This document shows positions 17,845-26,805 of a DNA stretch of 59,981 nt, in pieces. Origin of the DNA: a virus. Taxonomy: Duplodnaviria > Caudoviricetes. The position numbers and the translations under genes are program-made. Position 1 is the stretch's first letter, and every line of letters begins with the position of its first letter. The notes under the pieces were generated by a model that worked only from the letters and a program-made list of their open reading frames with translations, ran no database searches and was not told where the DNA came from. The DNA lies in the IMG/VR virus record IMGVR_UViG_3300032293_001960, positions 1-59,981 of that record; one strand, given 5' to 3'.

Positions 17845-18720
17845 ATGACCAAATCCGAAGTACGTGAGTACCTAAACGAGGTAGGGCGGTGGCCAGTGCT
17901 TAGCCAGGAAGCACAGTTGCAACATTGCTACAGGATTAAAGCATGGGTAACGCATGCAGATGGAAAAGATCGATGTCCGAAGCGCATAAAGCGGGCAGGG
18001 GAGAGAGCGATGAAAGTGATGGTACTGACCAATCTACGTTTAGTCATCTCAGTAGCAACCAAATACCAGTATCGAGGTTTAGACTTACTAGATTTAATTC
18101 AAGAAGGCAATATAGGTTTAATCCGAGGTTTAGAGCTTTACGACCCCACCCGTGGATACGCTGTCAGCACTTATGTTTACTGGTGGGTACGACAGTCTAT
18201 TGTTCGTGCTATACATCTGAGCGGTAGAACCATTAAGCTACCAATCAACGTGCAAGAAGTAGTTATCAACGCACAGACGAAAGCAGCGGAATTTACCAGT
18301 ATGCAAGGCCGTGCTCCTACATTAGAGGAATTAAGCGGTCTTATAAACGAGACACCAGAGCGCTTAAGTTTTTGTTTGCAGATGTCAGACACTACACAGT
18401 GCTGTACATACGATATTCAATGCGCGGCTGACGGCAGCCACATGTTAGAGTTCATCCCTTCAGAAGACACTACAGAATACGAAATCGAGTATCCTGAAGA
18501 GTTCAGCGATCGGGTCACTCCCGAAGCTGTTGCTCATGCATTTTCGTGTTTAAATGAAAGAGAGCGCCAGATAATAGAAAAAAGCTATTACAATGATGAG
18601 GTGCTTGCGGAGGTTGCTGCAGATTTCAAAATATCCCGTTCCCGAATCGGGCAGATCCGCAGAGCAGCTCTGATCAAGATGCGTACCGAGATCGAGCGAT
18701 ACCAGATGACCCCACCGTAG
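17845..18720 (+). CDS. phage-encoded RpoD-like sigma-70 factor
   Basis: YLNEVGRWPVL region 1.2; NLRLVISVA; DLIQEGNIGL; STYVYWWVRQ; region 4 SRSRIGQI. Confidence 0.92.
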   Translation: MTKSEVREYLNEVGRWPVLSQEAQLQHCYRIKAWVTHADGKDRCPKRIKRAGERAMKVMVLTNLRLVISVATKYQYRGLDLLDLIQEGNIGLIRGLELYDPTRGYAVSTYVYWWVRQSIVRAIHLSGRTIKLPINVQEVVINAQTKAAEFTSMQGRAPTLEELSGLINETPERLSFCLQMSDTTQCCTYDIQCAADGSHMLEFIPSEDTTEYEIEYPEEFSDRVTPEAVAHAFSCLNERERQIIEKSYYNDEVLAEVAADFKISRSRIGQIRRAALIKMRTEIERYQMTPP

Positions 18721-18740
18721 CTTGACAAGTTATAAATTAT

Positions 18741-19157
18741 ATGCCAGTCTACAGCATCTATACCTGCTCTATGCCCCGCTCTGCCCTTGTTCCCCTGCCG
18801 GACCTCATCCATACGTTTGAAGAAATTTACAAACGCGATGGCTACGTGCGCTGGGCCGAAGTGGCTTCCATCCACGGCATTTCCCGCCAAGCTGTCCATG
18901 CTCGCATCCAGGATGCCCAACACCAAGGTTTTCTTCCCCCCGAGGACGTAGCACGTTGGCGGTCTATGAGTTCTCGTGCAGCCCTTTCTCGTCGTCGTCG
19001 TGACATACAAGAGTTGCATCGCCGGTTTCGGTTAGACATTCAATTGACATCTGAAAACTACGCCTGGCTCGACGCCGAGTGCGTGAGCGGCAATTGCACA
19101 CGTACGGATGTAGTTAATGGTTTGATCAACAAAGCGAGGACAGCTGAGCACTCTTGA
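18741..19157 (+). CDS. HTH DNA-binding protein
   Basis: WAEVASIHGISRQAVHARI HTH; possible C-terminal ribbon-helix-helix. Confidence 0.6.
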   Translation: MPVYSIYTCSMPRSALVPLPDLIHTFEEIYKRDGYVRWAEVASIHGISRQAVHARIQDAQHQGFLPPEDVARWRSMSSRAALSRRRRDIQELHRRFRLDIQLTSENYAWLDAECVSGNCTRTDVVNGLINKARTAEHS

Positions 19158-19275
19158 CCCACTCAACCACAGAAGCTGTAGAAGCAGCCGGGGAGCTGAG
19201 TTGCTGAGCTACTGAGGGTGCTGCTGCAGCCAACCTATTCCCGAACCAGTCACATAGCAATCGGCAACTGGTCTG

Positions 19276-20637
19276 ATGTTCAACGCTGATTTCTACCCTA
19301 CTCCGCCCGAGGTGGCGGCGACCATGTTGGACCCGTTGGACCTTCGCGGTCGCACCGTGCTGGAGCCTTCTGCCGGCAGCGGCAACCTGGTGCGCGAGTG
19401 CCTGGCCCGTGATGCTGCTGAGGTGCTCTGGTGCGAGCCGGAACCTCAGCTGCGAGCGATCCTGCACAGCCTGCCCGGCGGTTACTACCTGGGCCACGAT
19501 TTTCTGCAGGTTCAGGCTCACCAGGTCAGTCATGCGGATCTGATCGTGATGAACCCGCCGTTCAGCACCGATGAGTCCCACATCCTGCATGCGTGGAATG
19601 TGGCCCCACCAGGCTGCGAAATCGTGGCGCTCTGCAACTGGAACACCATCTCCGGCCAGTACCGTGGCCTACAGGTTCAGCTGGCGCAGCTGATCGAAGG
19701 TTACGGCAGTAGTGAAGCCCTAGGCGAGTGCTTTGCTGACTCTGAGCGCCCCACTCGTGTCTCAGTCGGCATGGTCCGCCTCACCAAGCCAGGGCAACGT
19801 GCAAGCGGCGCTGATGAGTTCGACGGTTTCTTCCTCGGACCTGATGACATCGAAGCCCAGCAGGGTGAGGGGCTGATTCCTTACCGTCGCAGCCGCGACA
19901 TTGTGAACCGCTATGTGGAGGCGTGCCGGATTTTCGATGAACAAGTGGCGGCCGGCGTGCGGTTGCGCAGCGTGCTAGATGGCTTCTTCGGCAAGGATCT
20001 AGGCCTGCAGGTCACGATCGAAGGCCAGGCGGTCACGCGCAACCGGTTCAGGAAGGATCTGCAGAAGCGGGCCTGGCAGCACGTCTTCGATGAGTTCCTG
20101 CCACAGCAGATGGCCACCAGCCAGCTAGCAAAGGACATCAACCGGTTCGTGGAGGATCAGAGCAAGATCCCGTTCACCGAGCGCAACATCTACCGGATGC
20201 TCCAGATCGTCGCCGGCACCCAAGAGCAGCGGATTGATCGTGCAGTGGAGGAAGCGATCGACAGCCTCACCCGCTACACGAAGGAAAACCGCTATGGCGT
20301 GGAGGGCTGGGCGACGAACTCGGGCTACATGCTGAATCAGCGGTTCATCCGTGGATTCCTTGCGGAACTGGCCTGGAGCAACCCCGGCAAAGTGCGTCTC
20401 AAGACCTACGGCAGTCAGTGGGATGAGATCCAGGATCTGATCAAAGCGCTGTGTTTCATCACCGGCCGCGCCATCGAGGAAGTGCGCACGCCTGAGCGGA
20501 TCAATGAGAACAGCTACGAGTCCGGCATGTGGCACGACTGGGGGTTCTTCCTGTTCCGCCCCTACAAGAAGGGCACAGTGCATTTTGAGCCTTGGCACTG
20601 GGATTCAACCCTCCCCCTTCAGGGGGACTTTCCTTGA
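19276..20637 (+). CDS. DNA methyltransferase / DUF4942 protein, 3' end interrupted by IS
   Basis: FYPTP, LEPSAGSG, MNPPF motifs; DUF4942-like YKKGTVHFE then reads into the IS left end. Confidence 0.8.
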   Translation: MFNADFYPTPPEVAATMLDPLDLRGRTVLEPSAGSGNLVRECLARDAAEVLWCEPEPQLRAILHSLPGGYYLGHDFLQVQAHQVSHADLIVMNPPFSTDESHILHAWNVAPPGCEIVALCNWNTISGQYRGLQVQLAQLIEGYGSSEALGECFADSERPTRVSVGMVRLTKPGQRASGADEFDGFFLGPDDIEAQQGEGLIPYRRSRDIVNRYVEACRIFDEQVAAGVRLRSVLDGFFGKDLGLQVTIEGQAVTRNRFRKDLQKRAWQHVFDEFLPQQMATSQLAKDINRFVEDQSKIPFTERNIYRMLQIVAGTQEQRIDRAVEEAIDSLTRYTKENRYGVEGWATNSGYMLNQRFIRGFLAELAWSNPGKVRLKTYGSQWDEIQDLIKALCFITGRAIEEVRTPERINENSYESGMWHDWGFFLFRPYKKGTVHFEPWHWDSTLPLQGDFP

Positions 20638-21020
20638 TTCTCGATGTACTGGCGGATCACGGTGATCGGAGCCCCCCCGCAAGAACCGGCGAAGTAGCTT
20701 GGACTCCATAGGTGTTCTGCGTGGGGGCGCAGCGGGAACTCCTTGCGAAGCATCCGGCTGGATACGCCCTTCATGGCGTTCACGATCCCGGCCACCGATT
20801 GCTTGGGCGGGTACTCGACCAAGAGGTGAACGTGATCGGGCTCACCGTTCAACTCCAGCAACACGCAGTCCAGCTTCTGGGCAACACCCTGGCAGACCTC
20901 CCGCATCCGGTCCAGCTCCGCATCACCTAAGACCTTGCGCCGGTATTTGATCGTGAAGACCAAGTGGACCACAAGCCGAGAAACGCTGTGCCGGCCTCGC
21001 CGAAGCTTGTCTAGTTGCAT
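20619..21020 (-). CDS. tnpA: IS200/IS605 Y1 HUH transposase TnpA
   Basis: HLVFTIKYRR, DHVHLL, WSPSYF, YIENQ. Confidence 0.95.
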   Translation of the reverse strand: MQLDKLRRGRHSVSRLVVHLVFTIKYRRKVLGDAELDRMREVCQGVAQKLDCVLLELNGEPDHVHLLVEYPPKQSVAGIVNAMKGVSSRMLRKEFPLRPHAEHLWSPSYFAGSCGGAPITVIRQYIENQGKSP

Positions 21021-21048
21021 GGCAAACCCAAGTTGGTATGCTGTTGGG

Positions 21049-22332
21049 ATGAAGGCACGTTACCGCTTCCGCCTGTATCCGCATCCGCACCAGCGCATCG
21101 CGTTGGCGCAGCTGTTCGGCTGCACCCGGCGGGTGTGGAACGATGCCCTGGCTCACTGCCAAGGGCTGCGGGCAGCGGGCAAGAAAACACCTTCTGGCTA
21201 CGCCCTGCGTAACTGGATGTCCGCCGCCAAAGCAGGTGTCCCTTGGCTCGCAGCGGCACCCTCAACGCCGCTGTGCGAATCGGTGCTGGACTTGGCGGTT
21301 GCCTACAAGAACTTCTGGGCCAGCTGCACTGGTAAGCGCAAGGGGCCGAAGGTGCGGGCGCCTCGCTTCAAGTCGAAGCGAGACAGCCGCCAGGCCGCTC
21401 GGTTCACGAAGGTGGCCTTTCGCTGCCATGAACGCACCCTGCAGCTCCAGAAAATCGGCAAGGTGCCCATCGAGTGGAGCCGGGATCTACCGGCGGAGCC
21501 CAGCTCTTGCACGGTGATCCGTGATGCCTCGGGCCGCTACTTCGCCTCCTTTGTAGTGGAAGTGGCTGGCGCCAACTCCTGCGCCATTCGCCCCCAGGAA
21601 GGGCGAGCCATCGGCATTGACTTGGGCTTGGCATCCCTCGCCATCACCTCTGACGGCGAAAAGGTGCCCCTGCCAAAGCACTTCGATGCGGCGCGGAAGC
21701 GGCTGCGTCACCTGCAGCGGCAGGCGGCGAGGAAACGCCGTTGTGTCTCCAAGGGCACGAAGGCATCGAATCGCCTCAAGGCCGTGGATCGCAAGATCGC
21801 CAGGCTTCACGCCAGAGTTGCAGACCAGAGAACCAATGGGCTGCACCAACTGACGAGCCGCCTGGTGCGCGATCACGACTTCATCGCCATCGAGGATCTC
21901 AATGTGTCCGCGATGCTGAAGGCGCCGAAGCCGGTGCTGGATGAAGCGATGGCTCGCTGGCTGCCCAATGGCCGCGCCTCAAAGCGTAGCCTGGCCCGTG
22001 GCATCTCCGATGCTGGCTGGGCCACCTTCCGCACCATGCTGGAGCAGAAGGCCGACCGTGCCGGTAAACGGGTGGTGGCGGTGAACCCCGCCTACACCAG
22101 CCAGCGGTGCAACCACTGCGGCCACACCGAAGCCGCCAACCGCCCGAAGCAGGACACCTTCCGGTGCCAGAGCTGCGGGCACACCGAATATGCCGACATC
22201 AACGCGGCACGAAACATCTTGGAGGCCGGACTGGCCTTGTCTGGACGTGGAGCCTTGCGTAATTCCGAGCCTCGCTTGGTTGCTGGCTGCGAAGCGTCAA
22301 CCCACCTGAAGGTGATGGCTCATGCAGCCTGA
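21049..22332 (+). CDS. tnpB: RNA-guided endonuclease TnpB
   Basis: MKARYRFRLYP start; RuvC GIDLG / IEDL / ADINAA; zinc ribbon. Confidence 0.95.
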   Translation: MKARYRFRLYPHPHQRIALAQLFGCTRRVWNDALAHCQGLRAAGKKTPSGYALRNWMSAAKAGVPWLAAAPSTPLCESVLDLAVAYKNFWASCTGKRKGPKVRAPRFKSKRDSRQAARFTKVAFRCHERTLQLQKIGKVPIEWSRDLPAEPSSCTVIRDASGRYFASFVVEVAGANSCAIRPQEGRAIGIDLGLASLAITSDGEKVPLPKHFDAARKRLRHLQRQAARKRRCVSKGTKASNRLKAVDRKIARLHARVADQRTNGLHQLTSRLVRDHDFIAIEDLNVSAMLKAPKPVLDEAMARWLPNGRASKRSLARGISDAGWATFRTMLEQKADRAGKRVVAVNPAYTSQRCNHCGHTEAANRPKQDTFRCQSCGHTEYADINAARNILEAGLALSGRGALRNSEPRLVAGCEASTHLKVMAHAA

Positions 22333-22487
22333 TCTGAGAAGGAATCTCCGGCCTTCAGGCCGGGGAGGAAGTCAACAACCCAGCAAGGGAGCCAGCCTAT
22401 GTAGTTTCAGCCTTTCCAGAGCGCGGCCCTGTGTTGCGTTGGCTGACCGATTCCTGAACCGAACTCATTTTTCACCCCATTCTGATC

Positions 22488-22691
22488 ATGTCTTCTTACA
22501 CCCACACTTTTGACGTACGCCTTCAACTGGAGTCTTCTTTTGAAAGGTTCGACAGTGCCTTGATTGATTTTATTAAAAAGTATTCAGACCGAGAAATTAT
22601 AGACAGGTTGTTTGAGAGCGAGGATGTGTCTTCTTGTTTGAGATATGCAGTGCACGCCGAGACGTTCGAGGAATCAGACCCAGATTTTTGA
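22488..22691 (+). CDS. hypothetical acidic protein
   Basis: 67-aa ORF. Confidence 0.5.
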   Translation: MSSYTHTFDVRLQLESSFERFDSALIDFIKKYSDREIIDRLFESEDVSSCLRYAVHAETFEESDPDF

Positions 22692-22922
22692 CAGCTGCTT
22701 TTTCAACTCCTGCTTTACTGATTTCTAAACCAGTCATGCCCCAACCTTCTCACGTTTGCGGTTTCCTGCTGGCCCTGGCCTTTACCGGCTGGGCCGTGCA
22801 TCAGGCCCGCATCACATCGCCTACGATTCCCAGCCAAGAGCATCGAGCTGTGACCGCTATCATTGCGCCTCCAGTTCACCAGTAATTGCATCTTTTCCCA
22901 CACTCATCTATTACAAACCGCA

Positions 22923-23270
22923 ATGACCGCAACCGTTTCCCGCGTCCGCATGTACAAACCTACTGGCGACATCGGCCGACGCTTACAAGAGGCCTACCAA
23001 CTGCAGGCCGACATCGCCGCTCTCGAAGATAAGCTAAAAGTGCATCGTGACTTTATACTCAAGCACATGGAAGAGCAGGAACTTGACAAGATACAGCTCA
23101 ACGACATTACTGTCTACAGGAGAATCCGCCACAAGTGGAGCTACTCTATTGCTACACGCAATGAGATGTTGAAACTACAAACAACCCAGGAATACGAACA
23201 GGCCGAGGGCATCGCCACCGATAACCCGCGTGTCTACATTGCTCTTACCCATAAGGAGGCTCAGAAGTGA
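22923..23270 (+). CDS. hypothetical coiled-coil phage protein
   Basis: start MTATVSR; helical N-terminal region. Confidence 0.55.
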   Translation: MTATVSRVRMYKPTGDIGRRLQEAYQLQADIAALEDKLKVHRDFILKHMEEQELDKIQLNDITVYRRIRHKWSYSIATRNEMLKLQTTQEYEQAEGIATDNPRVYIALTHKEAQK

Positions 23271-23309
23271 TGACTGAGGCATTCCCTCGTTCCTAACCCC
23301 CTCCCCACT

Positions 23310-23948
23310 ATGTGCCTTTCTATCATCGTTGACTCCCCTGATCGCCTACTCGCCGAGGGCGAGGCCTATGGCTTTCAATGGGTCGTCACGCACAACACAA
23401 TGGGCTCCCGATGCGGTTACATCCGACTCCCTGAGAACCACCCCTGGCACGGATGCGATTACAACAACATCAAGGCCTCAGTCCATGGCGGGCTGACCTT
23501 CTCCGAGCCAGACGAGAGCTGCGATGCCCCCGGCCCCGATTCGGACTGGTGGATCGGCTTCGACTGCGCCCACGCCGGTGATGCACCGGATCCCGCATTG
23601 CTTGGAGGTTACCTACGCCGGCTCCCCCGACCTCTGTACGGCGAAATACGCACCCAAGAATATGTAGAGGAGCAATGCAGACAGCTATGCAAGCAGGCTT
23701 GCACCGCTTCGGTAGCCAACAATCTTGATAAGTACTACCAAGCTATCGCCGGAACCGCAAAACAATTCAGTGACGCTTTTACGTCGATGCTTCAACTCTT
23801 TGTACCCACCTCACCTTCCAACACCGGACAACCCTGGTGGCCCCTGGACGTGACCGACACCAGCGGTTCTTTCGGCCGCTTCGTCTGGGTCAACTCCGAT
23901 GAGGACGGCTGGGGCCACTGCTACTGGGAGGATGACGACAATGCGTAA
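23310..23948 (+). CDS. conserved phage hypothetical protein
   Basis: CGYIRLPENHPWHG, VHGGLTF, WWIGFDCAH motifs. Confidence 0.65.
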   Translation: MCLSIIVDSPDRLLAEGEAYGFQWVVTHNTMGSRCGYIRLPENHPWHGCDYNNIKASVHGGLTFSEPDESCDAPGPDSDWWIGFDCAHAGDAPDPALLGGYLRRLPRPLYGEIRTQEYVEEQCRQLCKQACTASVANNLDKYYQAIAGTAKQFSDAFTSMLQLFVPTSPSNTGQPWWPLDVTDTSGSFGRFVWVNSDEDGWGHCYWEDDDNA

Positions 23949-24224
23949 ATGTGTCACCAACGCCACCTCACTGCAGCCATAGCTATGTTCTACGTTCAAG
24001 CAACACTGCAAGAGCCCCATGGTGCGATGAACTTAAAAGAGATTCGCACACGCTTCCCCTGCGAAGCGTACGTTACTTGGGATAGCAGGCATGTACCTGT
24101 CTTTCTTGGCATTGACAATCCACCAAAGCCCGTGCCGATGGGAGAAGCCGAACGGCTGCTATCCCAGTGTGAAAAGGTTCACGGGTGGATGTATGACCAT
24201 AATTTGCGGATTGTGCCCGCCTAG
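23949..24224 (+). CDS. hypothetical protein
   Basis: abutting ORF; start uncertain. Confidence 0.45.
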   Translation: MCHQRHLTAAIAMFYVQATLQEPHGAMNLKEIRTRFPCEAYVTWDSRHVPVFLGIDNPPKPVPMGEAERLLSQCEKVHGWMYDHNLRIVPA

Positions 24225-24278
24225 CCCACGGCCCGCCGGGAGCCTGTCTCGGCAATCCATTCCACTGCACTTCACGCC

Positions 24279-24545
24279 ATGAGCAAATCCCAAATCCCAG
24301 AAGACTTAAGAAGGTCTTTTAATCATGAGAACAAGAATAAGCCATCCGGCGAGCCTCCCTTAAAGCTCAAGACATCAGAAACCCCTCCCTGTGCAAACGC
24401 ATGGGAAGTTTCCAAATTGATTGCTTCACTAGAGGCCCGCCTGGAAGCGTTAGAAGCCCGCTGGCGAGCCTTGGCGGCACCATCCAATCGGAGCTCTCTG
24501 GGGCTCCGCAAGCCACTGGTCCCGTTCCCAAAAGACAAGCCGTGA
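24279..24545 (+). CDS. hypothetical protein
   Basis: 88 aa with a short coiled coil. Confidence 0.5.
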   Translation: MSKSQIPEDLRRSFNHENKNKPSGEPPLKLKTSETPPCANAWEVSKLIASLEARLEALEARWRALAAPSNRSSLGLRKPLVPFPKDKP

Positions 24546-24649
24546 GCCACCCCTACGAAATCCACCTTCAGGCTCCCTCCGGCCAGCGCAACACAGGTTA
24601 GCCAGCCAACCACCCCGAGCTAGATTAAAGGTAGCTTCTAGCTTTCTCC

Positions 24650-24799
24650 ATGACTGTTACTCCTGAACAGGTGATCCAGATTTTGGGATCAGCTCTGCTG
24701 ATTTCAGAACTCCTGGCGCAGATTCCCTGGATTAAGGCCAATAGTATTTTTCAGCTTATCACGGGAGTGCTGCGGAGTCTGCTTAAAAAAAAGAACTAG
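24650..24799 (+). CDS. holin-like small membrane protein (49 aa, missed by ORF track)
   Basis: MTVTPEQVIQILGSALLISELLAQIPWIKANSIFQLITGVLRSLLKKKN; hydrophobic with basic tail; upstream of lysozyme. Confidence 0.65.
   Translation: MTVTPEQVIQILGSALLISELLAQIPWIKANSIFQLITGVLRSLLKKKN
24787..24793 (+). other. predicted -1 ribosomal frameshift site A-AAA-AAG
   Basis: in-frame heptamer before the holin stop; -1 frame is open, with no start codon, into the lysozyme ORF; GGAG at 24774-24777. Confidence 0.65.
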
Positions 24800-25071
24800 A
24801 CCCAAAGCTCCTCGACCTACTAAATCGCTATGGCGTAGTAGGTAAGGCAGCCAAGCTGTATCTACAGCGTTATGTCAAGCGTATAAACGTATGGCTCAAA
24901 ACCTATTTTATACCCGCAACAGTCACCGAAGCTGAAGAGCAGTACTTCAAAGAAGCACCGGTACCTCCTCCACCTGACCCGATTCTTATTGAGCATCCAA
25001 TTGACCCAACAACTCAGACTGGCGCCAGTGCTGCATTAGGCGGGTCCTTATCCATCCACGCCCCTTGGTCT

Positions 25072-25542
25072 ATGCAACCCGCGATTGATTTGATCACCGA
25101 GTTCGAGGGCTTTTCCTCCAAGGCCTACCCCGACCCCTTGTCTGGTGGCGAGCCCTGGACGATCGGCTACGGCTCCACCTATGTCAATGGCAAAAAGGTC
25201 CGCCGTGGGGATGTCATCACCAAGGAGCAGGCCATGGCGGAGGTGAGACGCGAGCTTGCCAAGATAGAGGCGAGGCTATCAAAACGCATCCCGTATTGGG
25301 CTGAGATGACATCCGGCCAGCGTGGTGCGCTGCTGTCGTTCGCCTGGAATCTCGGCGCGAATTTCTACGGCAGCGAGGGTTTTTACAGCCTCACCCGAGC
25401 GCTGCAAACCAAGGCCTGGAGCACTGTGCCTGCTCTTCTGGAGCGTTACCGCAATCCAGGCAGCGCAGTGGAGGTCGGCCTACGGAGGCGGCGCATTGCA
25501 GAGGGCCGCTTGTGGCAGCGTCCAGCAACCAGGGTTGGATAG
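25072..25542 (+). CDS. endolysin, GH24 phage lysozyme
   Basis: LITEFEG...AYPDP...WTIGYGST; ALLSFAWNLG; GLRRRRIAE. Confidence 0.9.
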   Translation: MQPAIDLITEFEGFSSKAYPDPLSGGEPWTIGYGSTYVNGKKVRRGDVITKEQAMAEVRRELAKIEARLSKRIPYWAEMTSGQRGALLSFAWNLGANFYGSEGFYSLTRALQTKAWSTVPALLERYRNPGSAVEVGLRRRRIAEGRLWQRPATRVG

Positions 25543-25572
25543 GTTGACAAGTCAACCCAGCCCCGTTACCTT
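25542..25572 (+). promoter_or_regulatory. sigma70-type promoter with an operator-like inverted repeat over the -35
   Basis: TTGACA-17 nt-TACCTT; GGTTGAC-AA-GTCAACC. Confidence 0.65.
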
Positions 25573-25642
25573 GTAGGAGTCCCCCACCCCTGGGGTGCGC
25601 CTGGGTCACCAACGCACAGTCCTCTCATCTACTACCACCTTC

Positions 25643-26743
25643 ATGCATACAACCTTTCTTCGTCCCGGTAGCTACAACACCGTGACGCAGGCCGCCATCG
25701 CCCCTGGCAATGACGTAATGGTTTACGGCCGCTACCGCGAACGCGGCTACCACGTCGAGCCCCTCACCTCCCGCGCTGGTGGTGTCATCACCCCCGAAAA
25801 CGCTTCCGCTTCTGAAGCCTTTGCCCTGGCGGGCCTGAACTGGACGGCGGAGAAGTCCCCGGTGCTATACAGCCCTGACGGCTGGAAGGTTGCTATCTCC
25901 CCCGACCACTGCTCCATTGTCCGTTCCGATACGGGCGGTCTACTCGGTATCCACGGCGCCGGCCACACACCGCTCCAGCACAGCGCCATTATCACTGTCC
26001 TCGATTATATCCGCGAGGACATCCAGATCGAATCGGTGCTGAACATTCGCGAAGGCCGCAAGGTCTTGGTTTCTGCTGCCCTCAAGCTGCAGGACGAGGT
26101 GGTCCCCGGCGACCGCATCCGCCGCTACATCCACATTTTCAACTCCCACGACGGCTCCAGCGCCTTCGGCGTGATGTTCTCTGACAGGCGCCTCCGCTGC
26201 GCCAATGAGATCAACTTCATCACCGGCCGCGCCTTCCACAACGCCGTCGCTGAGGGCACCGGCCCCCGAGCCCGCCACACCGTCAACGTCGAGCAGTTCG
26301 CCCGTTCCCTGCCGGATCTGATCAACCTCCAGCAGAAAAGCTTCCACCAGCGAATTTGGGCAATGCAGGACATGGCTGCCACACCCTGCACCATCGAGGT
26401 GGCCCGCCGCATCTTGGAGCAGACCTATGCCGATCGGCTCGCTACTCCCGTGAAGGAGCGCAACGGCGATACCCGTGCCCGCCATCTCGGCGACATCCGC
26501 GACTTCGACACGATCATGAGCCACTACCAGGGGGAGACCGGCTACGGCATCAACGACGACGCCCGTCCGATCGGCGGCACGGTCTACGGCCTGTACAACG
26601 CCATCACCCAGTTCCACACGCACGATGCTGGCCGCAGAACCGACGCCACCGAGCACGCCCGCGCCCGCCTGGAGTCCCTTTGGGGCGGTCCCAGCGCCAC
26701 CCGCGTAGAGAAGGCCTACCAGGCCTGCCTCGCCGCCTGCTGA
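25643..26743 (+). CDS. DUF932 (phage/plasmid TIGR03299-like) protein
   Basis: AGLNWT, NSHDGSSA, RLRCANE, RARHT, YGLYNAITQF, LWGG motifs. Confidence 0.8.
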   Translation: MHTTFLRPGSYNTVTQAAIAPGNDVMVYGRYRERGYHVEPLTSRAGGVITPENASASEAFALAGLNWTAEKSPVLYSPDGWKVAISPDHCSIVRSDTGGLLGIHGAGHTPLQHSAIITVLDYIREDIQIESVLNIREGRKVLVSAALKLQDEVVPGDRIRRYIHIFNSHDGSSAFGVMFSDRRLRCANEINFITGRAFHNAVAEGTGPRARHTVNVEQFARSLPDLINLQQKSFHQRIWAMQDMAATPCTIEVARRILEQTYADRLATPVKERNGDTRARHLGDIRDFDTIMSHYQGETGYGINDDARPIGGTVYGLYNAITQFHTHDAGRRTDATEHARARLESLWGGPSATRVEKAYQACLAAC

Positions 26744-26805
26744 TCACCACATCCCAGGGGTGCGCCTGGGTCCATAACGCACTTCCCTTTTACATCCCAC
26801 ATCCC

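Larger units (their letters stand above)
20590..22375 (+). mobile_element. IS605-type element (divergent tnpA + tnpB)
   Basis: left end CCTTGGCACTGGG with hairpin after TGAG; right end CCGGCCTTCAGGCCGG...GTCAA. Confidence 0.88.

Noticed and set aside
18722-18750. sigma70 promoter at TTGACA
   Set aside because: No convincing -10 at 16-18 nt spacing.
26356-26805. N-terminal 150 aa of the 307-aa ORF
   Set aside because: Overlaps the DUF932 gene out of frame; the likely start is ATG 26806.
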